Below are positions 58,936 through 64,000 of a stretch of DNA of 64,000 bases, piece after piece. The notes under the pieces are model-generated. The model did not search any database, was not told where the DNA came from, and saw nothing but the letters and a program-made list of their open reading frames with translations. A program made the position numbers and the translations under genes. Position 1 is the stretch's first letter. The number at the start of each line of letters is the position of its first letter. Source of the DNA: an uncultured bacterium (GTDB lineage: Bacteria; Babelota; Babeliae; Babelales; Vermiphilaceae); assembly GCA_963702025.1 (NCBI GenBank), contig OY969699.1, positions 992,001 through 1,056,000 of the forward strand, written 5' to 3'.

Positions 58936-59289
58936 ATGGCAACCATTCATTTGAATAAAAAAGGGCTTGAACAAGCGGAACGGCTTATTAAAGCGGGTGA
59001 AATTGAGACTTTTGATACCAATTGGGCAGCAGAAAAACCAACAACCGATGAAGTGCTTAACTACATTAACGCGCACTATATGGATGAATACGGCAGCTGG
59101 TTTTTGGGAGTGAATGTTGATATGCCCAAAGATGTTAAAGAACACTATGATTATCCCTATGGCGATTTAAAAACAGTGCAACGTAGTGCGCTTGTTGATA
59201 CTATTGCGCGTGCAGATAAAGCAGGGCATAAAGATATTGCGCAAGTGGCCAAACGGTTGCTCGAAATGGTTGATAAACGAGCAAAGTAA
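58936..59289 (+). CDS. Hypothetical protein
   Basis: AAGGAG RBS; YGSWFLG...YDYPYGDLKTVQRSAL motif. Confidence 0.75.
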   Translation: MATIHLNKKGLEQAERLIKAGEIETFDTNWAAEKPTTDEVLNYINAHYMDEYGSWFLGVNVDMPKDVKEHYDYPYGDLKTVQRSALVDTIARADKAGHKDIAQVAKRLLEMVDKRAK

Positions 59290-59292
59290 TTG

Positions 59293-59489
59293 TACCTTAT
59301 GCGTAATAAGATGCATAAAAAATGAATTCGCCAGAAACCGCTCATGGTGAGTGATTGCGAAGCAATCGTATCGAACCATAATTTGAAAAATTTAAATCAT
59401 AAGAACCCTTCGATACACCGCTCTGCGAGCGGCACTCAGGGCGAGCGGAACAAGCGTACCTTTTTGTTAAAATAATTACGCATAAGGTC
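59293..59489. mobile_element. MITE with the terminal repeats of the IS at 37307-38401, carrying REP-like hairpins
   Basis: ACCTTATGCGTAATAAGA at 59294 and ATTACGCATAAGGTC(TA) ending at 59489 match the IS ends; no transposase inside. Confidence 0.8.
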
Positions 59490-59491
59490 TA

Positions 59492-60829
59492 TTATATTCC
59501 TGTCGGATAGGTTTCGGGGAATTCGGCGCTGATCCATGCGGGAGTTTTTTCCAGCGGTTCAACTGCTTTTGTCTGGTCAAGGTGAATAACGGCATCGAAT
59601 TGGCTTGAAAGTGCTGCATTAAAATAATGGCTGGTCCGTTCGGTTTCCGGGCGATAGATAACGCCGATGGCCCGTTCTAATTTTACCTGTTGGAACGCTT
59701 TTTTAAGTTCTTGATTTTCCTGTAAAAAGAGCATGAAATTAGGTATTTCTGCTTGGTGGAGCACCGCTTCGTAGCTATTGGCAAGCGCCGGGCGCACCTG
59801 TTTACGTTCAACCGTGCCATCCCATTCGGTTGCGGCCGAAACGGTTCCTGAATAGGTAGTAAATCCAATGAGCTTCGCCTGATCTTTATAGGTTTCTTTC
59901 ATTAATTGCCCGATATTAATTTCTCCTAATTGGCCTAATTGGGTTGCTTTCGCGTTGCCGATATGAGAGTTGTGGGCCCAAATAACCATTTTTGGTGTTT
60001 CACCTTTTTTGCTGATGTGATCAATAATTGCTTGCGCTGTTTGCATCATATGAGTATCTCGGATGTTCCATGAATCGGCCGGCGACCCAAAAAAAAGTGA
60101 GCGGTAATAATGCTCGGCATCTTTTATCAGCTGGGCATTTTGCTGCGCAAAAAAATATTCTTCAACCGCTTTTTGCCCGTCTTTGCGCAATAGTTCCAGT
60201 GAATTTTGGTGTATATCTTTTAGCTGCTCTAAAACTTGTTGCTGGCACGAGGCGCTGATATCAAACATCGTTGCATAGCCATATTGTTGCGCATTGCGTT
60301 CATACAGTTGCAAACAATTATAGCGCGATCGTGCCCGTTGGGCGGCTGCCGCGTCTGTTTTATCAAGGTAAGATAGAACTTCATCAATAGATTGGTAAAG
60401 GCTGTATAGATCCAGGCCATAGAGGCCCACCTGTTTGATGTCTTTGACGGTGCGGTTGTGATGATAAAGAGCACTGACGAATTCCACCATGGCGGTGTTG
60501 CGCCACATCCATTGCGGGAACCGCTTAAAGCCATCAAGGGCGTGAATGGTATCCGTATCCATTTTTTGACCCTGAATATACCGGTTGATCCGGTAGGCGT
60601 CGGGCCAATCCGCTTCAAGGCCGATAGCATTAAACCCTTTTTTGGTGATTAATTCCAGGGTGATCCGAGCGCGTAACGCATAGAATTCATGGGTGCCGTG
60701 CGTTGCTTCTCCCAGTAATACGCAGCGCGCATCGCCAATATAATCGAGCAAAGAATTGAGTTCATCCTTTTTTCCCGTTAAGGGGCGTGCATATTTTTTG
60801 CAGAATGCAATCAGTTCTTTTTCAACCAT
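59492..60829 (-). CDS. Erythromycin-esterase family protein
   Basis: LLGEATHGTHEFY, EADWPD, WMWRN, YGLDLYS, WNIRD.HM, WAHNSH, ERAIGVIY. Confidence 0.92.
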   Translation of the reverse strand: MVEKELIAFCKKYARPLTGKKDELNSLLDYIGDARCVLLGEATHGTHEFYALRARITLELITKKGFNAIGLEADWPDAYRINRYIQGQKMDTDTIHALDGFKRFPQWMWRNTAMVEFVSALYHHNRTVKDIKQVGLYGLDLYSLYQSIDEVLSYLDKTDAAAAQRARSRYNCLQLYERNAQQYGYATMFDISASCQQQVLEQLKDIHQNSLELLRKDGQKAVEEYFFAQQNAQLIKDAEHYYRSLFFGSPADSWNIRDTHMMQTAQAIIDHISKKGETPKMVIWAHNSHIGNAKATQLGQLGEINIGQLMKETYKDQAKLIGFTTYSGTVSAATEWDGTVERKQVRPALANSYEAVLHQAEIPNFMLFLQENQELKKAFQQVKLERAIGVIYRPETERTSHYFNAALSSQFDAVIHLDQTKAVEPLEKTPAWISAEFPETYPTGI

Positions 60830-60927
60830 TTCTTTTCCTTTTTTTAAGCCGTTGGCGCTTCATTTGTAATTTATCATAGTAAGTAGGAGTAATTTTGCGC
60901 AATACTGTATAAAAAAGGGGGACAGTA

Positions 60928-61560
60928 ATGTTTAAAAATCGTTTTGACGCGGGCAAACAACTTGCGCAAAAGCTTATGGAGTATAAAGATAATCCCAATG
61001 TAGTAATTTTAGCCATCCCGCGGGGGGCTCTTGAGATTGGCAGCGTGTTAACGCAAGAGTTACATGCGCCGCTGGATGTGGTACTCACCAAAAAAATCGG
61101 TTATCCAGGAAATCCTGAATACGCGATTGGCGCGGTGAGTCTTGATAGTGTTATTATCGATAAACGGGCTCTGGAATTTTCTGGTGACTTGGAAGCGCAT
61201 CTAAAGCAAGAAATTGCGCAAATTAAAGCGCTACTCCAACAGCGCTCCGCCCAATATCATGGTGTGCGCGAACCGATTCCGCTCAACAATAAAATTATTA
61301 TTCTGACCGATGATGGTATTGCAACGGGTAAAACACTAGAGGCAACTATTGATCTGATTAAAAAGCAAAGTCCACAAAAAATTATTGTTGCCGTGCCGGT
61401 GGCGTCACGCGAAGCATTGCATCTCATTAAAAAGAAGGTTGATGAGGTGGTTTGTTTACTGGTGCCGGATATTTTTATGAGTGTTGGGCAATGGTATGAA
61501 AATTTTGATCAAGTGAGTGATGAAGAAGCAATTGAGTTGCTGCAAGGATCATTTGTATGA
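60928..61560 (+). CDS. Phosphoribosyltransferase family protein
   Basis: FKNRFDAGKQLA, AIPRG, ILTDDGIATG, VGQWYENF.QVSD.E. Confidence 0.9.
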   Translation: MFKNRFDAGKQLAQKLMEYKDNPNVVILAIPRGALEIGSVLTQELHAPLDVVLTKKIGYPGNPEYAIGAVSLDSVIIDKRALEFSGDLEAHLKQEIAQIKALLQQRSAQYHGVREPIPLNNKIIILTDDGIATGKTLEATIDLIKKQSPQKIIVAVPVASREALHLIKKKVDEVVCLLVPDIFMSVGQWYENFDQVSDEEAIELLQGSFV

Positions 61561-62408
61561 TGGTTTTTTTTACCCGGTCAACGGCACATTTGGTCCCCTC
61601 GATGGCAGTGAATCGCGGTGCTTATAGCAGTAAACAATTTACTGATGGTGAATGGTACGTTTCGCTTGAATCTGATGTGAGAAACGAGCACATTTGGGTT
61701 GTCACTGCAACCAATCCGCCCGCCGATCATCTTGTTGAATTACTCTTATTGCTCAATGTTCTTGAACGCAATGAACCGGCATCAATTAACCTGTTGTTTA
61801 CCTATTTTGGCTATGCGCGCCAAGATCGCCCGTTGCCAAATGAGGCATCGAGCGCGCAAGTGATAAGCCATATTTTTAAAGATTTTAAGCTTGCCAAAAT
61901 TATCATTATTCACGCACATAGTCCTCTGCTTGCCAATTATTTAAGCTTTGAAAACATTATTCCTGTTGATCTCATGTGCCGTACCGCGCAAACTTATAAA
62001 ACAATTGCCGCACCGGATGAAGGAGCGTATAAACTGATAGAATATCTTGCGGGTCACTGCGATCTTGAGCCAATCTATTTGAGCAAAATTCGCCCGGAAC
62101 AAGAAGCGGTAAAAATTCTTGAATATGATGGCATTGTGCGCCAGAAAAGAATTTTAATTATCGATGATATTATCGCAACGGGCAATACGATTATAGAGGT
62201 TGCCAAAATGCTCAAAAAATTAGGGGCCGATGAAATCAGCGTCTGGGCCACACATGGTATCTTTTCCAACGGCGCCCGCGCGCGCATTGCCAACAGTGAT
62301 ATTCATAAAGTCTATGTCACCAACACCTTGCTGCAAGAGAAAAGCTCAAGTAAAATCGAGGTGGTGAATATAGCGCCATTCTTAGAGCAGATTATAAAAG
62401 CGCAATAA
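61557..62408 (+). CDS. prs: Ribose-phosphate pyrophosphokinase
   Basis: FTDGE, YFGYARQDR, APDEGA, IIDDIIATGNT, ATHGIFS, VTNT. Confidence 0.88.
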   Translation: MMVFFTRSTAHLVPSMAVNRGAYSSKQFTDGEWYVSLESDVRNEHIWVVTATNPPADHLVELLLLLNVLERNEPASINLLFTYFGYARQDRPLPNEASSAQVISHIFKDFKLAKIIIIHAHSPLLANYLSFENIIPVDLMCRTAQTYKTIAAPDEGAYKLIEYLAGHCDLEPIYLSKIRPEQEAVKILEYDGIVRQKRILIIDDIIATGNTIIEVAKMLKKLGADEISVWATHGIFSNGARARIANSDIHKVYVTNTLLQEKSSSKIEVVNIAPFLEQIIKAQ

Positions 62409-62465
62409 GCAAGAGGGGGCACGCCATCGTAACGCGCCCTCTTTATTACCTAATTAAAAATAATA

Positions 62466-63998
62466 TTACAGTTTTGCCCGTAACTGCGCTGCATCAGCTA
62501 CCCGTTTAAAATATTTCGATCCGTCTTTTGGTGATCGTTTTAGTTCCGGCGTAGTGCGATCAACGTTATAAATGCCATAATGGCTCTTATATTGGCCCCA
62601 TTCATAGTTGTCAATCAATGACCAGTGGATATAACCACGTACATCAAAACCGTCATGGATTGCTTTTGCCATTGCATACAGATACCGTTGATTGTGCAGT
62701 GTGCGGTGCGCATAATTATCGGTGCCGATACCATTTTCAGTAATATAAATCGGTATATCTAATGGTTGAGCAATAGAATCTGAAATCTCTTTAATGGCGC
62801 GATACAGGCCCTCGCCATAAATGGTATAACGGGGATTGGCTTGTGGAATTTCAACATCAGGATTTTGCTCGCGAACTACCTGACGATCTTTGGTCATATA
62901 ATTATGGCAGTAATAGTTTAGGCCAATAAAATCGAGGCACTTACCACCATTTTTAATATATTCATTTGTTCTTGGCGCGGTGGCAAATCTAATTGAGGTT
63001 GGTACATTCACACCAAAGATTTTTGTCTTATTAACACCGCGCGGAATTTTGACATAAAATTCACCGGTTGTTAAATAGCGATATGTTACTTCGTTTTGAA
63101 TCTCTTGGCCAAAATAAGCATTAATAAGGCATCGGGGATCGAGAGGGTTCCATGGATCAAGTTGTAAAATGTTCTTTAAAATACCAATGCGTGATTCTTG
63201 TCCGCCCGGTAATTTTTTGAGCTCACGGTATACGGCAGTGTGTGCCTCAAGAACATTGTATAAGACCTCAAGAGCAAGTTCCATATCTGTTTTTGCCGGT
63301 GGTTTTGCGCCGGTGAGCCATCCGGTTAATGCAATACTTTCTGGTGCATTAAAGGTGAGCCAGAGATACACATCTTGTTGAAGTTCGTTAAATACGGTGG
63401 TGCAGAATTCAACAAAGTATTTGATATTTTCTGCTTTCTCAAAACCACCCATGTTATAAAACCATTGCGGCTCTGCATAGTGGTAAAGGGTTACAACCGG
63501 TTCAATTCCCGCCGCGCGAAGCTTTTTGCAGAAATTTTTATACCGAGTAAGTTCAGCATGATCAATGCGATTTGGTACAGGATAGATTTTTTCCCATGCC
63601 ACCGAAAAGCGATAGGCATTAAAGCCCATGTTGACCAAATTTTGAATATCTTCATCTTCATGGTTTTGCGCGTCGCAACCAATGCCGACCGGTTCAACAA
63701 TCTTGCCTTCTAAAAGTGCAGGTTTTCCATTGATTATTGGAGCTATCCAATTGCCATCTTTGTCTTTTTCTTTTGCTTCAAAGAGGTTCCATTGCGTGTT
63801 GGTATTACCACTTTCAACTTGGTGTGCGGAAGTGCCGGCACCAAGCAGAAATTTATTTTGCGCGGGAGTGCGATTTTCTTGCAAGTTTGCCAAATGCTCT
63901 GCGTGCAAATGTAGAAATTGGCCAATAGGGAAATTGCCAATTTTAGTTGCATCTATGTTTTTCCAATTCCAGTGAATTGGATTGATGTAGAGGGTATC
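62466..63998 (-). CDS. Glycoside hydrolase family 1 (5' end beyond the window)
   Basis: FLLGAGTSAHQVE, YRFSVAWEKI, TLYHY, GLNYY, YITENG, WSLIDNYEW; the frame stays open to the window edge. Confidence 0.9.
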   Translation of the reverse strand, partial: DTLYINPIHWNWKNIDATKIGNFPIGQFLHLHAEHLANLQENRTPAQNKFLLGAGTSAHQVESGNTNTQWNLFEAKEKDKDGNWIAPIINGKPALLEGKIVEPVGIGCDAQNHEDEDIQNLVNMGFNAYRFSVAWEKIYPVPNRIDHAELTRYKNFCKKLRAAGIEPVVTLYHYAEPQWFYNMGGFEKAENIKYFVEFCTTVFNELQQDVYLWLTFNAPESIALTGWLTGAKPPAKTDMELALEVLYNVLEAHTAVYRELKKLPGGQESRIGILKNILQLDPWNPLDPRCLINAYFGQEIQNEVTYRYLTTGEFYVKIPRGVNKTKIFGVNVPTSIRFATAPRTNEYIKNGGKCLDFIGLNYYCHNYMTKDRQVVREQNPDVEIPQANPRYTIYGEGLYRAIKEISDSIAQPLDIPIYITENGIGTDNYAHRTLHNQRYLYAMAKAIHDGFDVRGYIHWSLIDNYEWGQYKSHYGIYNVDRTTPELKRSPKDGSKYFKRVADAAQLRAKL

Positions 63999-64000
63999 AA

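Noticed and set aside
2897..60829. Antibiotic-resistance island (CPT kinases, beta-lactamase-like, erythromycin esterase, GNATs)
   Set aside because: These are broad superfamily matches, scattered and not in an integron or transposon; nothing shows antibiotic specificity.
62411..62443. Terminator between prs and the GH1 gene
   Set aside because: AAGAGGG/CCCTCTT stem is plausible, but the loop is long and irregular and the U-tract short; too weak to list.
955..63975. Numerous 60-170 aa ORFs overlapping longer genes (e.g. 42507..43013, 24240..24596, 60229..60630)
   Set aside because: Alternative-frame or antisense shadows of well-supported genes, with no motifs of their own.
1..64000. CRISPR array, rRNA or tRNA genes
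   Set aside because: No regularly spaced direct repeats with unique spacers and no cloverleaf or rRNA-like stretch seen; the GC-rich intergenic hairpins fit REP-like repeats better.

Overview
An AT-rich bacterial window dominated by small, mostly orphan genes with N-terminal signal peptides. The mix of ankyrin proteins, F-box/SOCS-box-like motifs and exported-looking enzymes resembles an intracellular parasite of protists such as Candidatus Dependentiae/Babelota (TM6); this taxonomic call is an inference from gene content. Recognisable genes include gmk, maf, hspR-like, nagZ-like GH3, prs, a PRTase, an erythromycin-esterase family protein, a GH1, a serine beta-lactamase-like hydrolase, GNATs, NUDIX proteins, three CPT-like kinases, an AlkB-like oxygenase, a tRNA-dependent cyclodipeptide synthase, an ATPase/PD-(D/E)XK protein, a GIY-YIG nuclease and a possible prophage packaging remnant at the left end. 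Two IS elements have readable terminal inverted repeats and each disrupts a gene. A 197-bp MITE uses the ends of one IS and carries REP-like hairpins that recur elsewhere. The most striking signals are: (i) about 37 proteins in which Met directly follows the predicted signal peptide, mostly as Met-Glu/Asp/Gln/Asn; (ii) a ten-gene tandem array (54.8-58.9 kb) of small exported Cys-rich hydrophobic-hairpin proteins reminiscent of inclusion-membrane proteins; (iii) secreted ubiquitin-ligase-adaptor mimics and several secreted pseudoenzymes. No rRNA, tRNA or CRISPR array was seen. All calls were made by eye, without database searches.
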